DNA of 64,000 nucleotides from an uncultured Verrucomicrobiota bacterium (lineage in GTDB: Bacteria > Verrucomicrobiota > Kiritimatiellia > CAIQIC01 > Lenti-01), in NCBI GenBank assembly GCA_964647595.1, contig CAZYGH010000005.1:34961-98960 (forward strand), read 5' to 3'. Below the pieces are notes generated by a model. That model had not been told where the DNA came from and searched no databases. It saw only the letters and a program-made list of their open reading frames with translations. Below, in pieces: positions 35,801 to 46,349 of this stretch. How positions within the stretch are numbered: position 1 is the stretch's first letter; each line of letters opens with the position of its first letter. The translations under genes were made by a program, and so were the position numbers.

Positions 35801-37207
35801 TTAGCGCGCGCCCCCACCCAGCGCATGGAACAACGCCGCCGCATCGGCCACGCGTGCCGCCTGCGCTCGCGCCACATCGCTCTGGGCCTGGCGCAGCCGA
35901 ATGGTCTCGTCCAGCAGCGCCATGCGGCTGATGCCGCCCGCTTCGTGTTGTCGCCGCGCAATGTCCTGCACGGAGGCCGTTCGGCTCAACACGGCCGACT
36001 GCGTTTCCAGTGTGCGCGCATCCGCCTCCAGCGCGCCCAACACGTCGGCCACTTCCTGCAAGCCGCGCAACACGGTTTGACGATAGGCCGCCGCCGCCTC
36101 GTCGTAGGCCGCCACCGCCGCACGCTTTTTCGCACGCAAAGCGCCGCCGCGAAAAACGGGCTGCATCAGGGCTCCGCCCACGCTCCACACATTGAGGCTG
36201 TTCAGCAAATCCCCCAGATCCGTCGTCTGCGATCCGAGGCTCGCGGATAGCGTGAACTGCGGATACAGGTTGGCCGTCGCCACGCCCACGTTCGCGCACG
36301 CCTGATGCCACACCGCCTCAGCCGCGCGAATGTCCGGACGCCGTCGAGCCACCTCCGAAGGCACCCTCAACGGCAAGTCGCCGGACAGGCGCAACGCAGA
36401 TAGTTTAACGCCATCGGGAATCGCCTCGCCGGGCTCTTTTCCCAGATAAACGGCCAACTGCCGACGGAGTTGCGCTTCCTGATATTCCAACGCCGGCAAC
36501 GCCAGCTTGGCTTGATCCAGCCATAACCCATGCCGTTCCCACTCCGCTTGGGAAATCCCGCCCACCTTGCGCCGTTCCTCCGCCATGCCGAACTGTTCGC
36601 TCCGCGCCGCCACCACGTCCCGCGCCGCCGCCAGTCGTTCCGCCACCTCGGCCCGACGTATGAACGCCAGCACAACGTTCGCCGCCAACGTCTGCCGCGC
36701 CGCATCCAGCTCATACTCCCGCTGGTCCACCTTGGCTTTCAGCCCTTCCAGCACGCGCCGATTCTTGCCAAACAAATCAAAGTCGTACGAAATGGAAACC
36801 GACGCCTGATACACGGAAAACGGGTCGGGCACCGGCACGTTTTCCATCCCCATCGCTTCCGGATTCACCTTTTGGTGCTTGGCCGAAAGCCCCGCATCCA
36901 CCGCCGGAAAAACCGTTGCTCCCGATTGCGCGCTGTACTCTTCTTTCGCCTGCTTCAGCCGCGCCAACGCCTGCGCCTGCGTGGGACTTTCTTCCAGCGC
37001 CGTTTGCACCGCGGCATTCAGCGCCTCGCATTGAAACAACTCCCACCACGATTCCGGAATGTCCATCTCCGCGTTGAAATTCGTCGACACCTCACCCAAG
37101 GAATCGCTCTTCGGCGCGGCAGGCGCCTGAAAACGAGGCCCCGTCGCGCAGCCCGCCAACACGGCCAACGCGCCGCACAACCCCACAAAAGGAATCCACT
37201 TGCTCAT
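35801..37207 (-). CDS. Outer-membrane efflux lipoprotein, TolC/NodT family
   Basis: Lipoprotein signal (LAVLAGCATGP) and two OEP repeats. It is the last gene of the HlyD-ABC-ABC2 operon. Confidence 0.8.
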   Translation of the reverse strand: MSKWIPFVGLCGALAVLAGCATGPRFQAPAAPKSDSLGEVSTNFNAEMDIPESWWELFQCEALNAAVQTALEESPTQAQALARLKQAKEEYSAQSGATVFPAVDAGLSAKHQKVNPEAMGMENVPVPDPFSVYQASVSISYDFDLFGKNRRVLEGLKAKVDQREYELDAARQTLAANVVLAFIRRAEVAERLAAARDVVAARSEQFGMAEERRKVGGISQAEWERHGLWLDQAKLALPALEYQEAQLRRQLAVYLGKEPGEAIPDGVKLSALRLSGDLPLRVPSEVARRRPDIRAAEAVWHQACANVGVATANLYPQFTLSASLGSQTTDLGDLLNSLNVWSVGGALMQPVFRGGALRAKKRAAVAAYDEAAAAYRQTVLRGLQEVADVLGALEADARTLETQSAVLSRTASVQDIARRQHEAGGISRMALLDETIRLRQAQSDVARAQAARVADAAALFHALGGGAR

Positions 37208-37215
37208 GTCGCACC

Positions 37216-38358
37216 TCAATCCAGCGTTTTCCGATAAAACAACGTGGCAATCGTCATCACCACAACCGTGAAAATCATCATCGGCCAAATGTTCGGCCAC
37301 AAATCGACCCACTCTCCGCCCTTGAGGAAAATGTTTCGAACCAACCGATTGAAATAGGTCAGCGGCAAAACATTTCCAATGAATTGCGCCCACTTCGGCA
37401 TGCCGAAAAACGGAAACATGAACCCCGACAGCAACAAGTTGGGCAGAAAATAAAACACCGTCATCTGCATCGCCTGCAACTGGTTTTTCGCCAGCGACGA
37501 CAGCGTGATGCCCACCGTCAGGTTCGCCGCCACGAACAGCAAGGACACGCCATACAGCGTGACCAGATGCCCCTCAAACGGCACGCGAAACAACGCCAGC
37601 GCCGCCACCAGAATCAACGTGGCCTGGAGCAATCCAATGGCAATGTACGGCACGATTTTTCCCGTCATGACTTCGATCGATTGAACCGGCATCGCCAACA
37701 GGTTTTCCATCGTTCCCCGTTCCCGCTCGCGCGTGATGGCCAACCCCGTCATCAGCACCATCATCAGCGTGAGGATCACGCCCATCAGCCCCGGCACCAC
37801 GTTGTATTGGGTGATGCCCTCCGGATTGTAGAGCCGGTGTAGCCGCACGTCGAACGCGTCCGGCGTCCCCGCCAAATCGCTCAACGCGCCCACCGCGTTT
37901 TTGTTCAGCACGGAGCGGACAATCGGCCCCATCGCCCCCAACGCCATCCCGGTCGCCGTCGGATCTGTCGCGTCCGCTTCGACCAACAACGACGGCCGCT
38001 CGCCCCGCAACAGGCGGCTCGTGAAATCCGGCGGAATGTTCACCACGAACAACACGTCTCCACGCGCCAGCGCGTCCCTCGCCATCTCCTCGTTCGCCAC
38101 GCTTCCCGCGATTTCGAAATACTCCGATTGCTCCATCGCCGAAATGAACGAGCGCGTGAACTCGCTTTTGTCGGCATCCAAAATCGCGGTGGGCAAATGC
38201 TTGGGGTCCGTATTGATCGCAAAGCCAAACAAAATCAACTGCATCAGCGGAATGCCCACGATCATCGCGAAACTGACGCGATCGCGCTTCAACTGCAAAA
38301 ACTCCTTGAGCACCATCGCCCACCAACGCCCAACGGAAAAGCCACGAATTTGTTTCAT
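37216..38358 (-). CDS. ABC-2 type transporter permease
   Basis: Large N-terminal periplasmic loop followed by 5-6 C-terminal TMs, the pattern of ABC2_membrane_3-like permeases. Confidence 0.8.
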   Translation of the reverse strand: MKQIRGFSVGRWWAMVLKEFLQLKRDRVSFAMIVGIPLMQLILFGFAINTDPKHLPTAILDADKSEFTRSFISAMEQSEYFEIAGSVANEEMARDALARGDVLFVVNIPPDFTSRLLRGERPSLLVEADATDPTATGMALGAMGPIVRSVLNKNAVGALSDLAGTPDAFDVRLHRLYNPEGITQYNVVPGLMGVILTLMMVLMTGLAITRERERGTMENLLAMPVQSIEVMTGKIVPYIAIGLLQATLILVAALALFRVPFEGHLVTLYGVSLLFVAANLTVGITLSSLAKNQLQAMQMTVFYFLPNLLLSGFMFPFFGMPKWAQFIGNVLPLTYFNRLVRNIFLKGGEWVDLWPNIWPMMIFTVVVMTIATLFYRKTLD

Positions 38359-39314
38359 GACGCCTCTTCTCCCACGTTGTCCCGCGCCTTGCCCATCAAG
38401 TGGATGAACACGTCTTCCAGCCCCGTTTCCGAAGGCTCCAAACGCCAAGCCCCACCTGTCGAGACTTCACGCAATGTTTGCTCCAACACGGCCCCATTTG
38501 AACCGCTGACATGGAGCACCGACCCAAACAACACCGTCTGTTCTACGCCCGGCCGATTCTGCAACGCGTGGGACAACTCCCCCAACCCTTCGCCGTGAAG
38601 AGTCCACGTACTCAATCCCTGCGCCGCAATCACCTCCTGCGCCGTCCCCTTGGCCAGCAATTCGCCATAGGCAATGTAGGCCAACTTGTGGCACCGCTCT
38701 GCTTCATCCATGTAGTGAGTGCTCACCAGCACGGAAATGCCGCGCGCCGCCAGCCGATGCAGTTCTTCCCAAAAGTCGCGCCTTGCCGAAGGATCCACCC
38801 CTGCCGTCGGCTCGTCCAACAGCAGGAGCTTAGGCTGGTGAAGCATGCAGGCCGCCAAGGCCAGCCGCTGTTTCCATCCGCCCGACAGCGACCCCGTCAA
38901 TTGCTCCGCCCGCGTCGTCAGCCCCAACTCTTCCAATGCGTCGGCCACCACCTGCCGCCGATTGGGCATGCCGTACATCCGCGCCACGAAATCAAGATTC
39001 TCGCGAATGGTCAAATCGTCCCAATACGAAAATTTCTGCGTCATGTATCCGGCTTGCCGCTTGATCTGCTCCCGGTCGCGCAAAATGTCGAAACCCAAAC
39101 AAGTGCCGCTGCCCGAATCAGGCGTCAGTAAGCCGCACATCATGCGGATCGTCGTGGTCTTGCCACTCCCATTGGGACCCAGAAATCCGAAAATCTCGCC
39201 CGGCTTCACTTGGAGGGAAACATCCCGAACCACGTGCTTCCGGCCGAAATGCTTGTTCAGATTCTGAACATCAATGGCCCATTCGCTATCCATGACTCTG
39301 CCCTCTTTGCTCAC
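38355..39314 (-). CDS. ABC transporter ATP-binding protein
   Basis: Walker A GPNGSGKTT, signature LSGGWKQR and Walker B LLLLDEP are present. Confidence 0.88.
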   Translation of the reverse strand: MSKEGRVMDSEWAIDVQNLNKHFGRKHVVRDVSLQVKPGEIFGFLGPNGSGKTTTIRMMCGLLTPDSGSGTCLGFDILRDREQIKRQAGYMTQKFSYWDDLTIRENLDFVARMYGMPNRRQVVADALEELGLTTRAEQLTGSLSGGWKQRLALAACMLHQPKLLLLDEPTAGVDPSARRDFWEELHRLAARGISVLVSTHYMDEAERCHKLAYIAYGELLAKGTAQEVIAAQGLSTWTLHGEGLGELSHALQNRPGVEQTVLFGSVLHVSGSNGAVLEQTLREVSTGGAWRLEPSETGLEDVFIHLMGKARDNVGEEAS

Positions 39315-40261
39315 CGCAAGCTCGCCTGCACCGGTTGCCCCGGATGAAGATTCGCAGTGGGCTCCACAGGCCGAGCCTCGATCATAAAGACCAACTTGGA
39401 TCGCCGCTCGTTGCTATAAATGATCGGCGGCGTGTACTCCGCTTCCCCCGACACATAGGTCACCTTCGCCTTGATTTCCGACTCCGCCCCATCGCACCGC
39501 AACGCCACATCTTGGCCCATCACCAAATGCCCCAGCTCCGTTTCCGGAACGAAAAAGCGCACCTTCACGTTCTCGGGCGGCAGTAGCCGCACCACCGGAC
39601 GCCCCGCCGACACCCATTCGCCTTCCCGATACAACGTGTCGAATACGCGACCCGTCACCGTCGAAGCAACCTTCTTCTGGTTCAGCCGCCATTCCGCCTG
39701 CTCGCACGCGGCTCGCGCCGCCGCCACTTGCGCGCTCTGCGCCCGGATTTGGTCTTCGCGCGCCGGCAATTCCGCCACGGACTGCTGACCTTCCAGCTCG
39801 CTCACCCGCGCGGCCGAAATCTCGGCCGACGCGCGGGATCGATCCAATTGCGCCTGCGAAATGCCGCCCGCCACAAATTGCGCTTCATCGCGCACCCGCT
39901 CGGACTCGGCTCGTTCGGCATCCGCCTTGGCCTGCGTTTGTTGAGCGCGAATCACATCCAACTCCTGCGGACGCTTCCCGAGCTTCAAATCATCAAGCTG
40001 AGACTCCGCCGCCGCCAACTGCTTCCGAGCTTGGCGCAAAGCAGCCGCCTCATTCTCCGACTCCAACGTAAACAGCGCATCGCCCGCCGCAACGGAATCG
40101 CCCCTCGCCACGCTCAGGGTGTCCAAGCGACCGGCCCCGGACGTCGCCACGTGGACAAACTCGCCCTCGACGTATCCTTGAAAAACACCCGGCGTCTCCC
40201 GCGTACAACCGGCCAGCGCAAGACCCAGTCCCACAATCCCAACACAAACCAACTGTTTCAT
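39311..40261 (-). CDS. HlyD-family periplasmic adaptor (membrane fusion protein)
   Basis: N-terminal lipobox/TM, long coiled-coil, and a beta-barrel C-terminus. It is the first gene of the export operon. Confidence 0.8.
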   Translation of the reverse strand: MKQLVCVGIVGLGLALAGCTRETPGVFQGYVEGEFVHVATSGAGRLDTLSVARGDSVAAGDALFTLESENEAAALRQARKQLAAAESQLDDLKLGKRPQELDVIRAQQTQAKADAERAESERVRDEAQFVAGGISQAQLDRSRASAEISAARVSELEGQQSVAELPAREDQIRAQSAQVAAARAACEQAEWRLNQKKVASTVTGRVFDTLYREGEWVSAGRPVVRLLPPENVKVRFFVPETELGHLVMGQDVALRCDGAESEIKAKVTYVSGEAEYTPPIIYSNERRSKLVFMIEARPVEPTANLHPGQPVQASLR

Positions 40262-40307
40262 CGTCAATTCCTCCTGAAAGTATAGCCTTTTCCAGTTCCA
40301 GAAACTT

Positions 40308-41942
40308 CTATTCGCGAAAGCCGTTGGTGATCGGCATGCGCCGGTCGCGACCAAAGGCCTTGGGCGTTATTTTGATGCCGGGCGCCCCCTGTCGACGCTT
40401 GTATTCGCTACGGTCCACCAGACGCGCCACCCGGCGCACAGTGGCCTCGTCAAATCCCTCGGCAATGATGTCTTTCAAGCCGATCTGCTGCTCCACATAG
40501 CGCTCCAGAATGGGGTCCAGCACCTCATACGGCGGAAGCGAATCGGAATCGCGCTGCCCCGGCTTCAACTCCGCCGATGGCGGCCGTGAAATCGTTGTGG
40601 GAGGAATCACCTCGCCGCGCGTGTTGCGCCACCGCGCCAACTCGAACACCAACATCTTGGGCACATCCTTGATCAGCGCAAATCCTCCGCACATGTCGCC
40701 GTAGAGCGTCGCATAGCCCGTGGCCATTTCGCTCTTGTTGCCCGTGGTGACCACCATGTGTCCGTAGCGATTAGACAACGCCATCACTATCACCCCGCGA
40801 ATACGCGCCTGCAGGTTTTCTTCCATCAGCGTTCCCGGTAATGGCTTCATCCAATCAACGGACGCACAGGCCGGATTCAACAACCCCGCAAACGCATCCA
40901 CGGCTGGCGCAATCGGAATTTGCAGACAAGGAATTCCCAGCCGCTTGGCCAATTCCAGCGCATCCGAAAATGTCTCTTGCGAAGTGATCACCGAAGGCAG
41001 CGTCACACCAAACACGCGATCTTTCCCCAGCGCATCCACCGCAATCGTGGCGACCAGCGCGGAATCGATGCCGCCGGAGAGGGCCACCAACACGCCCGGA
41101 AAACCATTTTTGTCCGTGTAGTCTTTCAGCCCCAGCTTGAGCGCCTCGTACACCTCTTCCACGGGGGTTGGCATTTCTGCAATGCGTCCCGGCGTCGGAA
41201 TCCATTTTCCATCTTGCGGCTCAACGTCCACCATCAACGAGCCCTCGCAGAACAACTCGGTCCGCGCGGTCAACCGTCCATCGGCATCCATCGCCATGCC
41301 GCCCCCGTCAAAGACCAATTCGTCCTGCCCTCCCACGATGTTAGTGTACAGCATAGGAACGCCCAGCGCCGCCGTGGCCTTCCGCGCCATTTCTTCGCGG
41401 TCGGTCTCGCGGGCCTGACAATAGGGAGAGGCCGACAAATTCACCAACACGTCGCAGTTTCCTTTCAGGCCCCGAAAGGACTCTCCCTCCGGCCACCACG
41501 AATCTTCGCAAATATGCACCGCGAGGCGCGCACCCTGAAAAGTGAAAACCAGTGGCTCCGTCCCCGGCGCAAAAATGCGCCGCTCATCGAATACGCCGTA
41601 GTTGGGCAACAGCCTCTTCTTCGCCACCGCCACCCGCTGTCCTCCCGCAAACAACATCGCGGTATTGTGAAGTTTTCCGCCCTCCCGCATGGGCGCGCCC
41701 ACCATCGCTAACAATTTCTTCGGCAAGGCCGCCGCCAATTTTTTCACTTCCGCCTCCACGGCATCCATGAACCTCGGACGCAACACCAGATCGTCCGGCG
41801 GATATCCACACAACGCCAGCTCGGGAAAGACCGCCACCTCCGCTCCGGCGGCATCAGCCTCCTGAGCCAACCGCAGAATCTTGGCAGCATTCTCGTTCAG
41901 CGCACCCACGGTCGGGTTCATCTGGATCAGCGCAAATTTCAT
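40308..41942 (-). CDS. nadE: Glutamine-dependent NAD+ synthetase NadE
   Basis: N-terminal nitrilase/CN-hydrolase domain (Glu-Lys-Cys triad context) plus a C-terminal NAD synthetase domain with the SGGIDS P-loop. Confidence 0.9.
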   Translation of the reverse strand: MKFALIQMNPTVGALNENAAKILRLAQEADAAGAEVAVFPELALCGYPPDDLVLRPRFMDAVEAEVKKLAAALPKKLLAMVGAPMREGGKLHNTAMLFAGGQRVAVAKKRLLPNYGVFDERRIFAPGTEPLVFTFQGARLAVHICEDSWWPEGESFRGLKGNCDVLVNLSASPYCQARETDREEMARKATAALGVPMLYTNIVGGQDELVFDGGGMAMDADGRLTARTELFCEGSLMVDVEPQDGKWIPTPGRIAEMPTPVEEVYEALKLGLKDYTDKNGFPGVLVALSGGIDSALVATIAVDALGKDRVFGVTLPSVITSQETFSDALELAKRLGIPCLQIPIAPAVDAFAGLLNPACASVDWMKPLPGTLMEENLQARIRGVIVMALSNRYGHMVVTTGNKSEMATGYATLYGDMCGGFALIKDVPKMLVFELARWRNTRGEVIPPTTISRPPSAELKPGQRDSDSLPPYEVLDPILERYVEQQIGLKDIIAEGFDEATVRRVARLVDRSEYKRRQGAPGIKITPKAFGRDRRMPITNGFRE

Positions 41943-42376
41943 ATCGCCTTCACTCCCATCTTCTCCAAGAAAGCCGCTGGCAAATCCGCCAGGCGATTTT
42001 TCGCATAATCAAACGCCACCATTCCGGTTTTGGCCAGCGCCACCACCGCGCCATCGCCCACACGCGTCACCCGATACATCATGTCAAACGTGCGTCGCTC
42101 CACGTCAGCCAGCCCCATCTCCACCATCAGCTTGTCACCGCGAAACGCCACCGCCTTGAACTGCACCACGGCATCGCCCATCAGCATCCCCACGCCGCCT
42201 ATGTCCTCTTCCGAAAATCCGGCGCTCGCCAAATATCGAAGCCGTGCCTCATGCAACAGCCCCAACATCGCGTCATTCCCCACATGCCGCCCATAATTGA
42301 TGTCCGTGATGCGCACATCCAATTCCGTGCGGAAGCCCCACACCACATCCTTCAAATCCAACTTCACTCTCGCCAT
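41939..42376 (-). CDS. Acyl-CoA thioesterase (hotdog fold, 4HBT-like)
   Basis: About 145 aa with a hotdog-like pattern (INYGRHVGNDAMLGLLHEAR). Confidence 0.65.
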   Translation of the reverse strand: MARVKLDLKDVVWGFRTELDVRITDINYGRHVGNDAMLGLLHEARLRYLASAGFSEEDIGGVGMLMGDAVVQFKAVAFRGDKLMVEMGLADVERRTFDMMYRVTRVGDGAVVALAKTGMVAFDYAKNRLADLPAAFLEKMGVKAI

Positions 42377-42452
42377 TGCCATTCTCCAGTTGCGGAACAT
42401 TGTGAGACAAAAGCCCTTTGCAACTCAAACCGAAACGCATACCCTTCCGCTC

Positions 42453-42920
42453 ATGCCTCCATCCGTCCTCATTATTATCCGGCGCGGCGAAGATCCCGCC
42501 AAGTGTACCGTCCGCCCCCTCCGCGGTACGCCCGGACTCGATTTTCTTCCTTATCCCTTGCGGCAAATGCCCGACCTTTCGCGGCATCTGCTGCTCGCCC
42601 CTGATGCGCCGCCCCTCACGCGCGCCGATGCCAACCGCCCCCTTCTCCTGCTCGACGCCAGTTGGCGCCACGCCGCCAACATGCGCAAGGCTGTCGAGCC
42701 CGTCGAAGCCCGATCCATTCCTCCGGGATGGCAAACCGCTTATCCCCGGCGCTCCAAGATTCACGACGACCCCGACACCGGTCTCGCCACCGTTGAAGCT
42801 CTTTTTGCCGCCCTTTCAATCCTTGGATTCCGTGACGACTCCCTCTTACGCTTCTATCCTTGGAGAGACGCCTTTTTTCTGCTCAATAAGTGTCGACAAG
42901 CAGAGCCCAGCGGTGGATAG
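42453..42920 (+). CDS. DTW domain protein (tRNA-uridine aminocarboxypropyltransferase-like)
   Basis: DTW motif LLLLDASWRHA is present. Start set at the internal ATG; the upstream portion of the ORF is antisense to the thioesterase gene. Confidence 0.6.
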   Translation: MPPSVLIIIRRGEDPAKCTVRPLRGTPGLDFLPYPLRQMPDLSRHLLLAPDAPPLTRADANRPLLLLDASWRHAANMRKAVEPVEARSIPPGWQTAYPRRSKIHDDPDTGLATVEALFAALSILGFRDDSLLRFYPWRDAFFLLNKCRQAEPSGG

Positions 42921-42931
42921 TTTCAACTTGT

Positions 42932-44395
42932 ATGGAAGCGAAACAAGATGATTTTGCGGTTCCCCAAGATGGCCAACCCTTGATGGTTCGCGCCCCCACC
43001 CTGACTTCGGAGCAAATTGAAGCCGTCATCGGGGTGCTCTACCAACTGTTGTTGTCCATCGGCAAAGAAGAGCTTCACGACCAAGTTTCTTTTTGCCTGC
43101 GCGAACTGCTGGAAAATGCCGTGCGTGCCAATCATAAGCGCCGCACCTTTCGCACCGCTGGCCTCGACATTCACAACTCCGATGACTACGCCAAGGGAAT
43201 TGAGCTCTTGCGAGAAGAAGGCGTCGAATCCCCATCGACTATCGATGAAACGGATTTTGTCGAAGTTCGCATCGAACGCAATGCCAACATCATGATCCTG
43301 CGAGTCTCCAACTCCTCGCAAATGGTCGAGACCGAGCGCCAGCGCGTCACGCAACGCCTCACGGCCTCGCAGCTCTACGAGTCCTTTGATGAAGTCATCG
43401 ATCAGGTGGAAGACCAGTCCGAAAGCGCCGGCATGGGCCTCGTCATGCTGGGCATGATTTTGCGCCGCCTAGGTGTGCCCGATGGCGGACTGCAATTCAC
43501 AAGCGAAAACGGCCTGACCATATTCGAAATCACCCTGCCTCTGGATCTGGTCAGCGACGAAGAATCGGACAACCTCACCGATACCCTCTTGCACGAAATT
43601 GAGTCCATTCCGCAAGTGCCTCAAAACATCCAGTCGCTGCGTGAGTTGTTGCGCAATCCCGATGTGGATTATGCGGCCCTCGCCAAATTGATTCGCAAAG
43701 ACCCCGCCCTGACCCTCGAAGTGTTGCGCATGGCCAACTCCGCTGTCTATCGCCGCAGCCAACGCATCGACAGTTGCGAGACCGCGCTGAGCCTGCTGGG
43801 CATCCGGGGGCTACGCGGCATTTTAGATACCTTTGGCGCACGCAAAGCGCTGGAGAACCACTACCCCGCACAATTGTTGGATCGACTGTGGAAACACAGC
43901 ATGGACATTGCAGAACTCGCCGCCGCCATCGGTCGTCAGTTAAGTTATCCTGACAGCACCATCGAGGCGGCCTATGTTAGCGGTCTCCTCCACGATGTTG
44001 GCCGCATCATCCTTGAAGGCCGTAATCCCGACGCCTATCAGGCGCTTCAAAAATTCTGCATGGCGAAGCAAGCTTCGCCCGCCGCCGCAGAAAATCTGAT
44101 TGCCGGTGTGAATCATACCCGCATCGGCTCCCGCATGGCCGAACATTGGAATTTGCCCGAACGCCTCGTGCAGTCCATCCGCTACAGCCGGGCCCCCCTC
44201 TCCGCACCCAAAGCGGCTCGCGAGTGCGCCCAGCTCATCTTTTTGGCTCATCCCATGGCCCGCCGCCTTCGCGGTGGATCCAAGGAGTATGACATCAACG
44301 ACACCGTCCTCACCAGCTTCGGACTCGACATCCCCGGTGGATTGGACGAACTGGCCGAACGCATCCGCAACTCTGAGCAAAAGCCCGCCGTTTGA
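42932..44395 (+). CDS. Signal-transduction protein with N-terminal GHKL-like ATPase region and C-terminal HDOD domain
   Basis: The C-terminal half (LTLEVLRMANSAVY...GLLHDVGRIIL) is HDOD-like. The N-terminal region resembles a histidine-kinase-like ATPase/anti-sigma regulator. Confidence 0.6.
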   Translation: MEAKQDDFAVPQDGQPLMVRAPTLTSEQIEAVIGVLYQLLLSIGKEELHDQVSFCLRELLENAVRANHKRRTFRTAGLDIHNSDDYAKGIELLREEGVESPSTIDETDFVEVRIERNANIMILRVSNSSQMVETERQRVTQRLTASQLYESFDEVIDQVEDQSESAGMGLVMLGMILRRLGVPDGGLQFTSENGLTIFEITLPLDLVSDEESDNLTDTLLHEIESIPQVPQNIQSLRELLRNPDVDYAALAKLIRKDPALTLEVLRMANSAVYRRSQRIDSCETALSLLGIRGLRGILDTFGARKALENHYPAQLLDRLWKHSMDIAELAAAIGRQLSYPDSTIEAAYVSGLLHDVGRIILEGRNPDAYQALQKFCMAKQASPAAAENLIAGVNHTRIGSRMAEHWNLPERLVQSIRYSRAPLSAPKAARECAQLIFLAHPMARRLRGGSKEYDINDTVLTSFGLDIPGGLDELAERIRNSEQKPAV

Positions 44396-44404
44396 TCGAT
44401 TGCT

Positions 44405-46201
44405 ATGGCTCGCGTCTCCAGTGGCTGGATTCTGCTTCTTCTATCGTGGGCTCTTGTTGCCATCCCCCAGATGGCAGAAGCGGCAGGAACAGAGAATTTT
44501 GCCCACTTTACCGTCACCACGAATAGCTATCTTTCTGGCACGTTCACCGGCCAAGATGGCTCGACGTGGACCTACAACAAATGCCAAGGGAGCAGGGTCA
44601 TCCAAGCCCCCACTCCCGGCCTCGCCAAAGGAACCCCCGTCGCCTATCTGGAATCGGGAACCTTGACCGAAGGATGCGGCACCCTCTCCTTCGACTGGAT
44701 GCAAATGTTCGCCTCAACCGTCAGCGTGGAGGTCGTCGTCAACAGCGTTGTCCGCCACACCATTACGGGAAGTGGAAAAGACGTTGTGAATCATACAGGC
44801 CCTCTCACCATCAACGTCGGAGGAAATTTCACCCTCCGCATTCAGCAGCGCAATTCCCAATCCTGCCAAGTCGCCATCGACAACATTTCTTGGACCTCCT
44901 ACGGCGGGAGCGCACCTGAGCCGCCAACCCTCCATTTCTCCCCCGACACCAACCGCCTGCTCACGGCCTACAGCAATGCCATCCAGCTCACCGTCACCGC
45001 CACGGAACCCAATGTCGACACCGTCCGCCTTTGGGCCACCAACATCCCATCTGGAGCCCTTTTCAACGCCGCCACCGGAACAACTCCACTGATTTCGACG
45101 TTTTCTTGGACGCCTTCTTCCTCCCAAACCGGCATCCACTCCATCGCTTTTTTTGCCGAGGACAAAGAAGGCACATCTTCGCGCACCCTTACCATCGAAG
45201 TCACCCCCATCTATCCCTACTACCACTATGCCCAAGGTCTCACCGGAACCGCCCTCAAATCCAAGCTCCATGACATCATTTCTGCCGGCACACGCCAACT
45301 CACGGATGATCAGGAAAACGATGCCATGAAGGTCCTGCACACCGACCCCGCCAACACCAACAACGTGTTCCTTCTCTACAATCCCACGTCCTCCATCCCG
45401 AAGTCCGCCTACAACAACACCCCCAACGGCTGGAACAAAGAACACGGCTGGCCCGAATCTCGCGGTCTCGGCAATGAAGGCCCCGACCAAGTCGACGTCC
45501 ACAACCTCTTTGCCGAGCACATGGGAGCCAATGCCCTGCGCGCTAATCTCTACTTCGACAATAGCGACCCCGCCGACCCCGGCTACCGTTCACCCGCCAC
45601 CAATGTGGCTCCCGAAACCTCCATGGATTCCAACTCGTGGTCTCCCCCCCCTGCCTCGCGCGGCAATGTGGCCCGCGCCGTCTTCTACATGGCCACTCGC
45701 TATGACGGCAGTGAGCCCAACACCTCAGCGCTCGCCTTCTCTGATGATCCCGCCCACACCAATACCATGGGCAAACTCTCCACCCTTCTCGCTTGGCATG
45801 AAGCCGATCCCCCCGACGCCGCCGAAAGCAATCGCAACGAAATCATTTTCCGCTCCTACCAGTACAATCGGAATCCGTTCATCGACCACCCCGAATGGGT
45901 CGATGCCATCTGGAACGACGACGATGGCGATGGCATGAGCAACACCAAGGAAGCCATGGCCGGAACCGATCCCACCAACCCCGCCTCCGTTTTCAACGCC
46001 TCTTTCGCCGGCGGGAGAATCACCTGCGGACTCCTCACCACCGGCCCCACTTGGCGCCTCTACCAAGGCTCATTCCAAAGCAATACCCTCGTCTGGCAGG
46101 CTGTCGCCCAAACCAATCGCCTGCAAAACGGCACACTCACCTTCAACATCGCCCCCACCAACCCTGCCACCTTTTACCACCTGCGCGCAACCCGTCCGTA
46201 A
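44405..46201 (+). CDS. Secreted extracellular nuclease, endonuclease I (EndA/NucM/Dns) family catalytic domain with extra N- and C-terminal domains
   Basis: Signal peptide, then the family motifs NKEHGWPESRG, VDVHNL, RGNVARAVFYMATRY and NEIIFRSYQYNRNPFIDHPEW. Confidence 0.8.
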   Translation: MARVSSGWILLLLSWALVAIPQMAEAAGTENFAHFTVTTNSYLSGTFTGQDGSTWTYNKCQGSRVIQAPTPGLAKGTPVAYLESGTLTEGCGTLSFDWMQMFASTVSVEVVVNSVVRHTITGSGKDVVNHTGPLTINVGGNFTLRIQQRNSQSCQVAIDNISWTSYGGSAPEPPTLHFSPDTNRLLTAYSNAIQLTVTATEPNVDTVRLWATNIPSGALFNAATGTTPLISTFSWTPSSSQTGIHSIAFFAEDKEGTSSRTLTIEVTPIYPYYHYAQGLTGTALKSKLHDIISAGTRQLTDDQENDAMKVLHTDPANTNNVFLLYNPTSSIPKSAYNNTPNGWNKEHGWPESRGLGNEGPDQVDVHNLFAEHMGANALRANLYFDNSDPADPGYRSPATNVAPETSMDSNSWSPPPASRGNVARAVFYMATRYDGSEPNTSALAFSDDPAHTNTMGKLSTLLAWHEADPPDAAESNRNEIIFRSYQYNRNPFIDHPEWVDAIWNDDDGDGMSNTKEAMAGTDPTNPASVFNASFAGGRITCGLLTTGPTWRLYQGSFQSNTLVWQAVAQTNRLQNGTLTFNIAPTNPATFYHLRATRP

Positions 46202-46240
46202 TCCAATCTGCCGACTCAAGCGGGCTTTCCCTGCAACCCA

Positions 46241-46346
46241 GGAATTCAGAATCCATTTCTCTCACAGAGCGCACAGAGGCTCACGGAGAAGTTCAAACCA
46301 AAAAAAATTTTCTCTGTAGAACTCGGTGTCCTCTGTGGTGAAATTC
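46241..46346. terminator. Large imperfect inverted repeat between convergent nuclease and cheX genes (candidate bidirectional terminator)
   Basis: GGAATTC...GAAATTCC outer arms; CACAGAG x2 on the left arm and CTCTGT(A/G)G x2 on the right arm, around a central A8T4 tract. Confidence 0.3.
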
Positions 46347-46349
46347 CTA

